The translations under genes were made by a program, and so were the position numbers. This document shows positions 53,701-62,729 of a DNA stretch of 64,000 nt, one piece after another. This DNA is from Candidatus Poribacteria bacterium. GTDB lineage: Bacteria; Poribacteria; WGA-4E; WGA-3G. Below the pieces are notes generated by a model. It worked only from the letters and a program-made list of their open reading frames with translations, had not been told where the DNA came from and searched no databases. The stretch covers positions 26,292 through 90,291 of the forward strand of contig JAAXHL010000056.1 in the NCBI GenBank assembly GCA_012270865.1, given 5' to 3'. Positions within the stretch are counted from its first letter, which is position 1. Each line of letters begins with the position of its first letter.

Positions 53701-53819
53701 AGTCTTTTCCTCCTATTCAAGATTTTTTTGTTTCTGATTTTTGGGTAACAAACATTTCGCGCTTACTATATCAATAGTATATTCTACTTTCAAAAAAATG
53801 TAAAGGAAAAAGAGATTAT

Positions 53820-54527
53820 TCAAGATGGCGGATCTAAAAGTCTTGAGGGGTTGACAGGGAATTGGAATCCACACCGCTCAACTATCAATTCAAGCGTACT
53901 TGCAATCCATTTGTCAGCGTGTGGTGATACAATTACCTCGCTATTTTCACCAATTAGTGCTTTAACATTGATTTTAAGGGGTGTGCCGTATTCATAAGGA
54001 TCGCCATGCAAAAATGGTTCAACATCAATAATCGCACGCACTTCATGTTCGTATTCAAAAGGTGTTCTCTTATAAAAATAAGGGGAATATACCAAACTCG
54101 CTATTGATGGATTTTCAGGTATCTCAATTTGATTGTGATTCTCAATGTACTCTATTTGACCGATAAATACATTCGGTTCATCCGGCAAACCATTTTTCAA
54201 ATTCTCCAGAGTTGTTTTAATTGCTATACCGCTATTGCGTAGGTGATATTTGTCCCACATTCCCATTGATTCTTTATCACCTTGATGCCAACAATTGCAC
54301 ATGACGTATGGGCGAAAAATATTTGGATCAATATGAATACCTGCGGATTCGTAAGACACTTTTATTGATTCCGGGATATACCCTTCAAACTTGTCATCAT
54401 ACTGATCAGCTCTTGAAAAAAACAGAGATTCCGTTCCTAAAATATTGGCAAACTTCTCAAAACTCATGTACCGCCATACAATATCTGTATCTTTGGGATG
54501 TGTGATGCCTTTCAGTTCTTTAGACAT
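53820..54527 (-). CDS. DUF2971 family protein
   Basis: 235 aa. IVWRYMSFEKFANILGTESLFFSRADQYDDKFEG matches my memory of the DUF2971 N-terminal signature. Looks AT-rich. Confidence 0.7.
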   Translation of the reverse strand: MSKELKGITHPKDTDIVWRYMSFEKFANILGTESLFFSRADQYDDKFEGYIPESIKVSYESAGIHIDPNIFRPYVMCNCWHQGDKESMGMWDKYHLRNSGIAIKTTLENLKNGLPDEPNVFIGQIEYIENHNQIEIPENPSIASLVYSPYFYKRTPFEYEHEVRAIIDVEPFLHGDPYEYGTPLKINVKALIGENSEVIVSPHADKWIASTLELIVERCGFQFPVNPSRLLDPPS

Positions 54528-54722
54528 AAAGTTCTTCTTTCAAAATGAATATGCCAGTTTGTTATCCTTCGCAATATAGAATTGTTCGCAAAAAATGCCA
54601 TGGGCTTTCAACGTTCCGACCAATACTTCTTGCATTTGGTTGTTCTTGAGCGTGCAAAACCGTGTCAGTTCCAACTCCGACCAAAATCGCTGGTGGATAA
54701 TTGGCTCTCTGACGATTTCCGC

Positions 54723-55079
54723 TTACTTTCCCTGAAAATCTCTGAAGGCATTACGGGTTTTCATGGCTATAGATTCAATGGTTCCGAGATCAAGAGTTAG
54801 CATATCAGTCTCTTCCGAATCAGTCCTAACATTTTTTAACATTATGGCATAGATGAACTTATGAGATCTGAACCAGTCATCTATATTATCCATATCAGGA
54901 ATTTCAGTTTCTACCACTCTCATTCTCACCATGTATTCATCAAGCGTCATAGGCAGATCCGTCAGTAATGTAGAATGATAGTGTATGGATTCGATATCTA
55001 CTAATGACCAGTCTATACCAAAGCCTTTTGATTCTTCTTTCAAAAGTTCTTTGAATTTTTCCTGAAAATTGACGTTCAT
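54723..55079 (-). CDS. hypothetical protein
   Basis: 118 aa. GGAGG lies 5 nt before the ATG. No family recognised. Confidence 0.6.
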   Translation of the reverse strand: MNVNFQEKFKELLKEESKGFGIDWSLVDIESIHYHSTLLTDLPMTLDEYMVRMRVVETEIPDMDNIDDWFRSHKFIYAIMLKNVRTDSEETDMLTLDLGTIESIAMKTRNAFRDFQGK

Positions 55080-55260
55080 GATGACCTCCGTATATAGTTA
55101 AACACCGGTTCTATTTCTATCTGGATTTTCCAGTTCTTTTATTCTGAAGATCGGAGAGTGGCAGAGGTACCGTGCCGTATACTTTACAGCACTGCCCAAG
55201 CTGCTTCAGATAGTCTATCATATAAGTGAAAGAAATGCAAGGGTGAAAAAAGAGCAGTTT

Positions 55261-58200
55261 TCACTGATTAAGTCTTTTCAATTCCTTTTCAAGGTCGCAC
55301 CGAGACTGCTTTCCGCCGTGGATACTCGGTTCAGCAGATAACAATTCGCGGAGGCGGTGGACAGCGTTGTGGGCATCTTCGGTTGTGATGTTCAACACCT
55401 CAGTTAGCAAAAGGCGATCCAGTTCGTGACGGACCGGGTCGCGATCTATCTCATTGAAGGGTAGCATCCGTTGGTGCTTCAAGGTATGAAAGATACGTTC
55501 AGCGTTCGCCAATGCTTCATCGGATAGACAACGGACATCCAATGTAGGCATTTGGAGTAAGGCGGTTCTTGAACTTACACCTCTCCCCGGTTGTTGTTTT
55601 CCACTGTGGGCCCAGTGGAGCAGGAGTCCTAACGTTGAGTTGCCCCAGAGCGTCCATACATAATCGTAAACCGGCTTTTTTAACACAACGTTGGGCAACG
55701 AATTTATCCCCAGAGCAGATTTCTCTGTGAAAAGGACCCCAAGAGAGTTGGCGTTAAACCTTAGCATCGTGTTGAAATGCACGCGTCCATTAAGTGTGAG
55801 TATCTTCTGTGCTTTATTGTGGCGGTTAGGACGCGTGATGAGATGGCAATCGGGTTCAACGACCATTGCCCGTTGCACAGGGGCATTTACATGCCACAAT
55901 CCTGGATAGAGATCGGTGTCTATGTAACTTTTTTCTACGTCAAACGCGCCTCGCTCCCCTTTTTCATGAATATCGCGATGGCTTGCGCCAACCTCCGCAA
56001 TATCACTAACGAGACAAACAGGGATTTCTAATGGCGATACCTGTGTTGGCAACCAAATTTCACCATTTGCCAAACGATACGCGGATTGGATTAACGCCAT
56101 CTCCTTGATACGGACAGCCTCCCATGCCCTATCTATCCATAGCGGACAATTGAGTACGTATCCAAGAATCTCATCACCGACTTTGAGCGGATTACCACCG
56201 CTCGGTTCATCTTCTAATCGCCGGATGTTATCAAGCCTATGAGTGGTATTGACTATCTCAAGTGCTTCCAGTACACTTCGGGGACGGTGGTTTAGGGATA
56301 TAAACGTGCCTCTACCAGTGCTACCAGTTTTCTTTTCTTTAGTCGCTACAACCATGCACTCTGCCATACTCGTATCCGCAGAGAACGCGCAGCTTTCACC
56401 TTTGGCATCTGCGATGCTAATCACAACAACGTCATGGTATTCAGTTGCCCACATATTCCGTACTTTCCGCCAGTCCGAGGTTGTGAGACAGGTCACAGGT
56501 AAGATAAACCCCATTTTACTCTTTCCATTTTCCTTCAGCATTTTGTCTGCAAGGTCAACAAAATCCGAAGCGAGGCCAGCATTGCCATCGCCAACCCGCC
56601 AATCTTTTTGTCCGCGTGCACGCCGCATCATCTGTTCTTCTTCTTTGTCCCTGCCACTTCCTTTGAATACGGCTTTCGGGGTACCACTGCTTGCATCGGA
56701 ATCCGGTCTCGTAAACGGCGGATTTAGGACGACAATATCAAATTCGTTGTGTCGGAACTCCTGTTGTGTCATCACCGTCGTGTCATCTGCACCGCCGACC
56801 TGTTGAACTGCCGTACTCATCAGCGGGAGCGGAAGCGTGCCTTGCGGAACATCAAACAGGTCAAGCGCACCGAGGGCGTAACTTCCATCTTGCTGTCTAC
56901 CGTAGGGCATTGTGTGGATTCGGGTATTGCCGATTTTCAGGTCTGGATAAATACTTGTCAGGAGGGAAGCGGTGAGATGACTGGCGTTTGGCATAACGTC
57001 GCATCCGACAAGGTTTTTCTCTATCATCCGCGTGTGAATGCGGCTGCCTTTACCGCCGGCGTGTTCGTGCAGTTCGAGGATACGTTGGTATGCCCCATTG
57101 AGAAGTGAGCCTGTTCCGCATGCGAAATCTGCTACCTTCAATTCGCTCACATTCTCCTGCGTTTTCGGGAGGACTAACGCCGATAGCAAGGCAACAGATT
57201 CAAGACGAGTGTAGTTCGCCTTGACATATTTCCGATCAACGATAAGCCGTTGAAAAACGGTTCCGGCGAGTTCATGGATTTGTGTCAGCCTCTGGTCGAC
57301 GAGTTCCTTCGCGGTATCGCAGAGCGTTGCCAGAATCCTATCAACGAGTTCATCATCGGTCGCGATTGCGTCTATAATTCGTTTGGCAACATGGAAAATC
57401 GGGCGGTAGTTAACCTTGAGAATGATGTCCCAACCGGCTATGACCTGCTCGTAACGAAGGCGTTTTGCATTGTCAGAGAGCATCCGTTTAAGGGACATAA
57501 CCCTTTCCATCTCAGGTTTCCCCGCGAGAACACTCTGGAATACGAATGCATTCGTAACGATGAGCATCGCCATCCGTGAGGTCTGTTCACCAGCCTTTTG
57601 GAACAGAACCGTTTCGATTTCTGCGCCGATACTTAGACGTTCTTGAATCGCTGCTTCAAGCTGCTGCGCGGCGGTTTCTATCCGTTTTTCCAATAAATCG
57701 GCGGCGGCATCTATTTCAGAAATCGGCGTTGCTCTGACGCGAATAGCGGTTGCGATGTCGGCGACACTGCCACTTAACCAACCGTTTTGCGGGAAAGATT
57801 CCGGGACTGCCTCGGTGCCAGGCTCTGATTCGACGATGAATAGAACCGGATCGGGTTCCGCTTCGCTTTCTGATTCGGGTTTATTGAGAAGAATATAGGC
57901 GATGTCCTCTGCATGCCGCATCTCTGCCTCAATCTTATCCTGTGGCATCGTCCTAAATCGGACAGGCATGCGAACGCGTAGAACATTCTCAATGGTATTG
58001 TAAGTAAGACCGGTAAAGACACTCGGATCGAGGAGCATTCCGAAATGTGCTTCTGCCTGTATTTTACCAGTAAAGTTCGGCGTGTCAGCATCAACCTTCA
58101 CCTCAATGACGACAGGGTTGCGTCCTTTTTCAGTAACAATCACATCCGGTTTTTGTGTGGCGTTGAGGAACGGTCTGGTAATCTGTTCGTTGACGCTCCA

Positions 58201-58266
58201 GGCATCCCGCATGTGGCGTAGAACATTTACAAACGCACTGGTGATGGTGTTTTCGCTGTTTGCCAT
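55261..58266 (-). CDS. N6-adenine DNA methyltransferase fused to an N-terminal PD-(D/E)XK-like module (type IIG/IIL-like RM enzyme)
   Basis: 1001 aa. PD(41)VIV...VIE(55)VK(57) near the N-terminus, motif I DFACGTGS (aa 380), motif IV NPPF (aa 515, nt 56713-56724), and a long C-terminal putative TRD. Confidence 0.8.
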   Translation of the reverse strand: MANSENTITSAFVNVLRHMRDAWSVNEQITRPFLNATQKPDVIVTEKGRNPVVIEVKVDADTPNFTGKIQAEAHFGMLLDPSVFTGLTYNTIENVLRVRMPVRFRTMPQDKIEAEMRHAEDIAYILLNKPESESEAEPDPVLFIVESEPGTEAVPESFPQNGWLSGSVADIATAIRVRATPISEIDAAADLLEKRIETAAQQLEAAIQERLSIGAEIETVLFQKAGEQTSRMAMLIVTNAFVFQSVLAGKPEMERVMSLKRMLSDNAKRLRYEQVIAGWDIILKVNYRPIFHVAKRIIDAIATDDELVDRILATLCDTAKELVDQRLTQIHELAGTVFQRLIVDRKYVKANYTRLESVALLSALVLPKTQENVSELKVADFACGTGSLLNGAYQRILELHEHAGGKGSRIHTRMIEKNLVGCDVMPNASHLTASLLTSIYPDLKIGNTRIHTMPYGRQQDGSYALGALDLFDVPQGTLPLPLMSTAVQQVGGADDTTVMTQQEFRHNEFDIVVLNPPFTRPDSDASSGTPKAVFKGSGRDKEEEQMMRRARGQKDWRVGDGNAGLASDFVDLADKMLKENGKSKMGFILPVTCLTTSDWRKVRNMWATEYHDVVVISIADAKGESCAFSADTSMAECMVVATKEKKTGSTGRGTFISLNHRPRSVLEALEIVNTTHRLDNIRRLEDEPSGGNPLKVGDEILGYVLNCPLWIDRAWEAVRIKEMALIQSAYRLANGEIWLPTQVSPLEIPVCLVSDIAEVGASHRDIHEKGERGAFDVEKSYIDTDLYPGLWHVNAPVQRAMVVEPDCHLITRPNRHNKAQKILTLNGRVHFNTMLRFNANSLGVLFTEKSALGINSLPNVVLKKPVYDYVWTLWGNSTLGLLLHWAHSGKQQPGRGVSSRTALLQMPTLDVRCLSDEALANAERIFHTLKHQRMLPFNEIDRDPVRHELDRLLLTEVLNITTEDAHNAVHRLRELLSAEPSIHGGKQSRCDLEKELKRLNQ

Positions 58267-58559
58267 AACTGCTTACGTTTGCCTTTTGTCAGAATTAGAA
58301 TTTACGCGATTATCAGATTTTCAGGATTAGGTGCAGTAAATGAACACCTCGTAACCGAAGCCTCCTAAGAATCCGAGTTAATTCATGATACATACAATAA
58401 ACACATAGGCACAACCTAACAGGTTATGCTACAACAATAATCCATAGGTGTCAATTTAAGAAAAATAAACGTCGCAGGCACCAGAAAAGTAGGGTTTTTG
58501 CTTAGGTGGTTCTTCACTGTTTGAAACTGCGCCGGAACCTACACGAGGTATCATCGCAT

Positions 58560-58807
58560 TGTAGGTTGGGTTGAACGGATGCCACCAAAAACGTCAAAAT
58601 CACAAAAAAACGCAACCTTCTCCACGGATGCCGCATTTACCAGAAACCGAGTGAAACCCAACGCTTTGATTTAAAACTTCCGAGGGACTGAGCGTGTAAA
58701 GTTGGGTTTCACTACATTCTTGAATAGATAGGGCAGCCTATTGACTTTCAGGTGTTTTTGGTCTATCAACATCCAATTTCTCAACGTCGTTCAACCCAAC
58801 CTACGGG
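58560..58807 (+). repeat. ~250-bp nested-palindrome (MITE-like) element, copy 2
   Basis: TGTAGGTTGGGTTGAACGG ... ACCGAGTGAAACCCAACGC ... GTTGGGTTTCACTACA ... CGTTCAACCCAACCTACGGG. Same architecture as 24392..24620. Confidence 0.85.
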
Positions 58808-58940
58808 ACTGAAGAGGTTTTTGAAGTCTTCAATATTTCTGCGTAGGATCCGGTTCGGTTCCAAACCGAACCTACCGGGCATGGGTCTCAAGTCGGAAGT
58901 TTTCTAAAATTGACCCTTATAGTTATGCTACAACGATAAT

Positions 58941-59783
58941 CTATGCAAACAATGCTGCATCAGGTTCGCCGTGGTAAAGCACAACGCGATACTGCAAGTT
59001 CAAGGTCTCATCGGGGGCGAGACGGAACGGCTCATAGTAGACCGGCGATGGATGGATTAGGCAGTAGTTCTCGCGGTTGCGGACCCACCACGTCGTCGGA
59101 TAGCGCGGGTTATCAGCGCGATCAACAATCGCAACGCCGTAGGTTTCGTTGTCAGTCGGGTGTTGCGTCGTGAAACTGCACCACCGGCTCTGTTGTCCGA
59201 AGATGTCCATCGGTTCGGTGCGTCCATCGGCATCTAACAGGTTGCCCGGTGTGATGCTATTGTCGAATCGAATTGCCATCCCACTGTAGAATCTGCCGTC
59301 TGCGCCGGGTTCGCCGCGCCGTAAGTCCAAAACGACCTCGCGATCGTTCGGCTGAAGCGTCAGCGATACGGAAATCTGCATCGCGTCTGCTGTCGGTGGA
59401 TGGACGGTTATCTCTCGCTGCTCGGTGAGATGTGTTGTGCCTTGCCAATCGATCCACGCGTTCTCGGTTGTTAGACGTGCGCTGTCGGCATCCGCATTTT
59501 GCGCGACAATCCGTTGGTGGACGATCTTACCGAAGCCTGTCGGATCGCTACCGGGGGCGGGTTGTTCCCAAAAGTTGACTTCATTGACCTTTTTCCAAGC
59601 GACCCACAAGCCTTGATGATGCACGTGATCGCCGGGTTCGTTCATCGTGAGCGGCGGCGCGCCGGGGAGGTTCAACGGGTGACAGAACGGACGGTTGCCA
59701 TCTTCGGGGAAGTGGTAACCTAAGACCTGTTGTTCGTTCCAAGCGACGGTCAGACTGTGTTGTGTTTGTGATAGTGAAAACAT
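58941..59783 (-). CDS. PmoA-like / DUF6807 family protein
   Basis: 280 aa. FCHPLNLPGAPPLTMNEPGDHVHHQGLWVAWKKVNEVNFWE signature. Confidence 0.75.
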   Translation of the reverse strand: MFSLSQTQHSLTVAWNEQQVLGYHFPEDGNRPFCHPLNLPGAPPLTMNEPGDHVHHQGLWVAWKKVNEVNFWEQPAPGSDPTGFGKIVHQRIVAQNADADSARLTTENAWIDWQGTTHLTEQREITVHPPTADAMQISVSLTLQPNDREVVLDLRRGEPGADGRFYSGMAIRFDNSITPGNLLDADGRTEPMDIFGQQSRWCSFTTQHPTDNETYGVAIVDRADNPRYPTTWWVRNRENYCLIHPSPVYYEPFRLAPDETLNLQYRVVLYHGEPDAALFA

Positions 59784-59825
59784 ATTTTTATCCGTAATGT
59801 TGCTGGTTTCATATTTCCCAACGAA

Positions 59826-60248
59826 TTATAGGTTTTGCTCTGCCTGATAACCGTGTTCTGCAAGCGCATTAGATACGGATGTCCAGACAGCGCGTGCTTG
59901 TTCAACCGCCTCGGATGCGTCCGCGATCGTGGCTTCCGGCATGTCACTTGGATATCGGGCTTCAGCTGCCCATTCTGTTAGAGATGCTAAATCTGAATGT
60001 GCAGCTTTGAGTTGCCAACTCTCAGGGACCAAATTCCGCAGAACATTCAAGTCATGCGTTCTCGGAAAATCAATCTCTAAGAAGATTAATACCGCCTTGA
60101 GTGCCTTTTCAGCAGATTGTTGCGCGTACCAACAGGATTGGCGAGGCGGCAAGTGTGGTTGCTCTAAAAGGGTTTCAGCCGTTACCAAGTCTTCTTCGGC
60201 ATAACGGAGCCATCGGGCGGTGTCTGGGAGTCGGTCAGTCGCTTGCAT
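59826..60248 (-). CDS. HEPN domain protein (toxin of a HEPN/MNT pair)
   Basis: The ATG at 60248 overlaps the MNT gene by 14 nt. RTHDLNVL (R-x-H-type HEPN motif) and EARYP. Confidence 0.8.
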   Translation of the reverse strand: MQATDRLPDTARWLRYAEEDLVTAETLLEQPHLPPRQSCWYAQQSAEKALKAVLIFLEIDFPRTHDLNVLRNLVPESWQLKAAHSDLASLTEWAAEARYPSDMPEATIADASEAVEQARAVWTSVSNALAEHGYQAEQNL

Positions 60249-60549
60249 AAAGGACGTGTCCTTCTTGTTGGGCATACCGCAGCACGGAGCCGATCCGCGT
60301 TCGGTGACGTTCAAGTTCTTCGGTCGTTGAGACAAGGATGTCCTTCGCTACAGGCATATCAGCCAAGGCGACTCGGATGTCAATGGCAGTCTTCCGTTTA
60401 TCTGTGAGTTCTGCGAAAACCACGAGCAGATCTATATCGCTATCTCGATCCGCGTCCTCTCGTGCCTGTGAACCGAAGAGGATAATCTGTAGCGGGTCAA
60501 ACTCACGCACAATGCGCTCTGTCATGATTGAGATAAATTCGTTATTCAT
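60235..60549 (-). CDS. nucleotidyltransferase (MNT) domain protein
   Basis: 104 aa. LFGSQAREDADRDSDIDLLV (GS...DxD) pol-beta-type NTase motif. Confidence 0.85.
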   Translation of the reverse strand: MNNEFISIMTERIVREFDPLQIILFGSQAREDADRDSDIDLLVVFAELTDKRKTAIDIRVALADMPVAKDILVSTTEELERHRTRIGSVLRYAQQEGHVLYASD

Positions 60550-60557
60550 TTTCCTTC

Positions 60558-61382
60558 TCAGCTAAGGTAGGCGTTGACGACTTCGCGTTCGAGTGCTAAG
60601 CCTTCCCATTCGTCGTCGCCGGGTCCGTCGTAGATGAGGGTGTGCGGTCCAGCGAAACCGGCTTCCTGTGTCAACTCAAGGCATTGCACGTAATCTGTCT
60701 TGTCCATCTTACGCGGTGCGGCGAAATGTGCTTTGGTATGACACGATTCTGCTAACGGCGCAATCGCTGCGAGGTCTTCGTATTTCCTATCGCCACGCCA
60801 GTTACCGAAGTCGAGACAGAGTCCCACTTTACCGTCCAATCCACCTAAAATCGTGTTGACGTTTTCGGGGGTAGAGAGGATGGAGAACCAGTTTTCGCTC
60901 ATCAAGCGGATGCCTGCGGTCTCAGCGCGTTCAGCGAGTTGTGCGAGGACATCTCGACTCTGTGCTATCGTCTCCGAAGACGGATCGGCTTTGCCACCGA
61001 TGACGCGTGCGCATTTCGCACCGAGTTCGCCAGCAATGTCAATCCACTTTTCGATCCACGCGATGTCGCGTTCCGCATCGGACGGGTGCGTGATGTCACC
61101 ATCGTCAATTAGCACAGAAAAGAGTTCAACGTCAGCATCCGTAAGTGCAGTGCGGAGTTCCGCAAGATAAGACTGCTCAACAGACGGCAGATGGAAATGG
61201 CAAATCTCTAAGGTGTGGATGCCGAATTCGGCAATCCGTGCCGGTAATTCTAAGAGTGAAGTGGGTCCGTTATTGTGGGTTTCTGTCGGGATTTGCATAC
61301 CGTGCGCGGGTCCGGTGAATCCGGGTTTCCCGAGCTGCCGATGCAAACTCCACGTTGAAACTGAGAGACGCGGTGTTGACAT
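60558..61382 (-). CDS. sugar phosphate isomerase/epimerase (xylose-isomerase-like TIM barrel)
   Basis: 274 aa. TIM-barrel pattern (HTLEICHFH, LMSENW, DFGNW). Confidence 0.8.
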   Translation of the reverse strand: MSTPRLSVSTWSLHRQLGKPGFTGPAHGMQIPTETHNNGPTSLLELPARIAEFGIHTLEICHFHLPSVEQSYLAELRTALTDADVELFSVLIDDGDITHPSDAERDIAWIEKWIDIAGELGAKCARVIGGKADPSSETIAQSRDVLAQLAERAETAGIRLMSENWFSILSTPENVNTILGGLDGKVGLCLDFGNWRGDRKYEDLAAIAPLAESCHTKAHFAAPRKMDKTDYVQCLELTQEAGFAGPHTLIYDGPGDDEWEGLALEREVVNAYLS

Positions 61383-61417
61383 AGTTTTACTTCTCCAAAA
61401 TTGCGATTAAGAGATCG

Positions 61418-62593
61418 CTAAAGGTGATGCTCACCGAACAACAGTTTGAAATACGTATCTAATCCAGAGGCTGTCTGTTGCTCCGCCATCGGTTTTATCT
61501 GAAAATGCTTTTTCAGGAACGGGTGATGTCTAACGGTATCGCTGATGAAAGCAGGTTTATATTGCCTGAACAAGTTATCATCTATAAGCACATCGCAATT
61601 CCCGAAATAGAAAGGGAGTCTATGCAGGTTTCTTTTGAACACATCTATGTATGCATAGTAATCCAATTTTTGTTTTTCAATGACGATCGTGTTCGCGCTG
61701 TAGTTTTCAACAAAAGTGCGGTTTCTCTTTAGTGCGTTGATGTCTCGCAGTGTCCAAAAAAAGAGCGGATCATCTTTTTTGGGATGATGGGTGTCTCCCT
61801 CCGTCGAAGAAAACAAGGAATAACCAGATGTCGGTCGCTTCTTCGGATATTTATCGACGTAACCGGCAATATAATCGAAATCACTGAGACAAAAGCCGTT
61901 TTTACCGTCTATACGAAAACGAAAAGAACGGATAAAATTGTACGTCATTCCTTGCGTGTCTCTCTCATAAAGCGCGAGGACAATCGGGAAAGCCGTGTGC
62001 TTTGCGGATTCTGGAAACTTCCAACTGCTGATGAGTAGACCGTCTATCAATCTGTAATTGGCGGTGAACTCCTTTAAGAGTCTAAAATTGGTCGGCTTAA
62101 TCAAATAGGACAGCGGATGCAAAACACAAATAAGGTCTGCTTCGAGGTTATTATAGGACCGGAGGAACGATATACCTAAATCCCGACACGCGAGGTCGTC
62201 ATCAATCTCAAAATCGACACTTTTGATACTCTGGCGAATCAGAGACGTTTTATCGTTATAGGGTGGATTTCCGACGACTATCAGATAGGACTGTTCAGGG
62301 ATACCGAATTTTGCTCTTGATACATTCTGTAAAGCGTTCGTTTGAAAAAACCGAACTTCTTCATTGTTCTTTTTAGCGACATCGATTGCAGTTTCGTCTA
62401 TATCACATCCGATTGTGATAGCTTGCCCACGATTTTTCAGAAAATCCCCGTATCCACACGCGCTATCAATAACAGTGGTCTGTGAACGGACATAAGGCGC
62501 GATCATCTCCCACGCTGTCCCTACAATTTCAGGAGGCGTGTAGTAACTCCCCAAATTCACTCTGTGCTTGTATGCTAAGTGTGCTTGACTCAT
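61418..62593 (-). CDS. N6-adenine DNA methyltransferase (gamma class, TaqI/Eco57I-like), apparently orphan
   Basis: 391 aa. GSYYTPPEIV, motif I DSACGYGDF, motif IV VVGNPPYN. Looks AT-rich. Confidence 0.85.
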   Translation of the reverse strand: MSQAHLAYKHRVNLGSYYTPPEIVGTAWEMIAPYVRSQTTVIDSACGYGDFLKNRGQAITIGCDIDETAIDVAKKNNEEVRFFQTNALQNVSRAKFGIPEQSYLIVVGNPPYNDKTSLIRQSIKSVDFEIDDDLACRDLGISFLRSYNNLEADLICVLHPLSYLIKPTNFRLLKEFTANYRLIDGLLISSWKFPESAKHTAFPIVLALYERDTQGMTYNFIRSFRFRIDGKNGFCLSDFDYIAGYVDKYPKKRPTSGYSLFSSTEGDTHHPKKDDPLFFWTLRDINALKRNRTFVENYSANTIVIEKQKLDYYAYIDVFKRNLHRLPFYFGNCDVLIDDNLFRQYKPAFISDTVRHHPFLKKHFQIKPMAEQQTASGLDTYFKLLFGEHHL

Positions 62594-62601
62594 TTTTCAA
62601 T

Positions 62602-62727
62602 TCATTTACTGGTGCTTTTTGTAGCTCTTCGTACGATTCTTCCGAGCGTAAAGAGGAACGCTATAAACACACCTGCAATAACCCATTCCATCCAATCCAT
62701 CACAATTCTTCCAATATCGCCAATCAT
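62602..62727 (-). CDS. candidate 41-aa single-TM peptide
   Basis: Not in the ORF track (under 60 aa). The ATG is 2 nt after the hydrolase stop and the TGA is 8 nt before the methyltransferase ATG. MIGDIGRIVMDWMEWVIAGVFIAFLFTLGRIVRRATKSTSK: a hydrophobic helix plus a basic tail. Confidence 0.35.
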   Translation of the reverse strand: MIGDIGRIVMDWMEWVIAGVFIAFLFTLGRIVRRATKSTSK

Positions 62728-62729
62728 GG

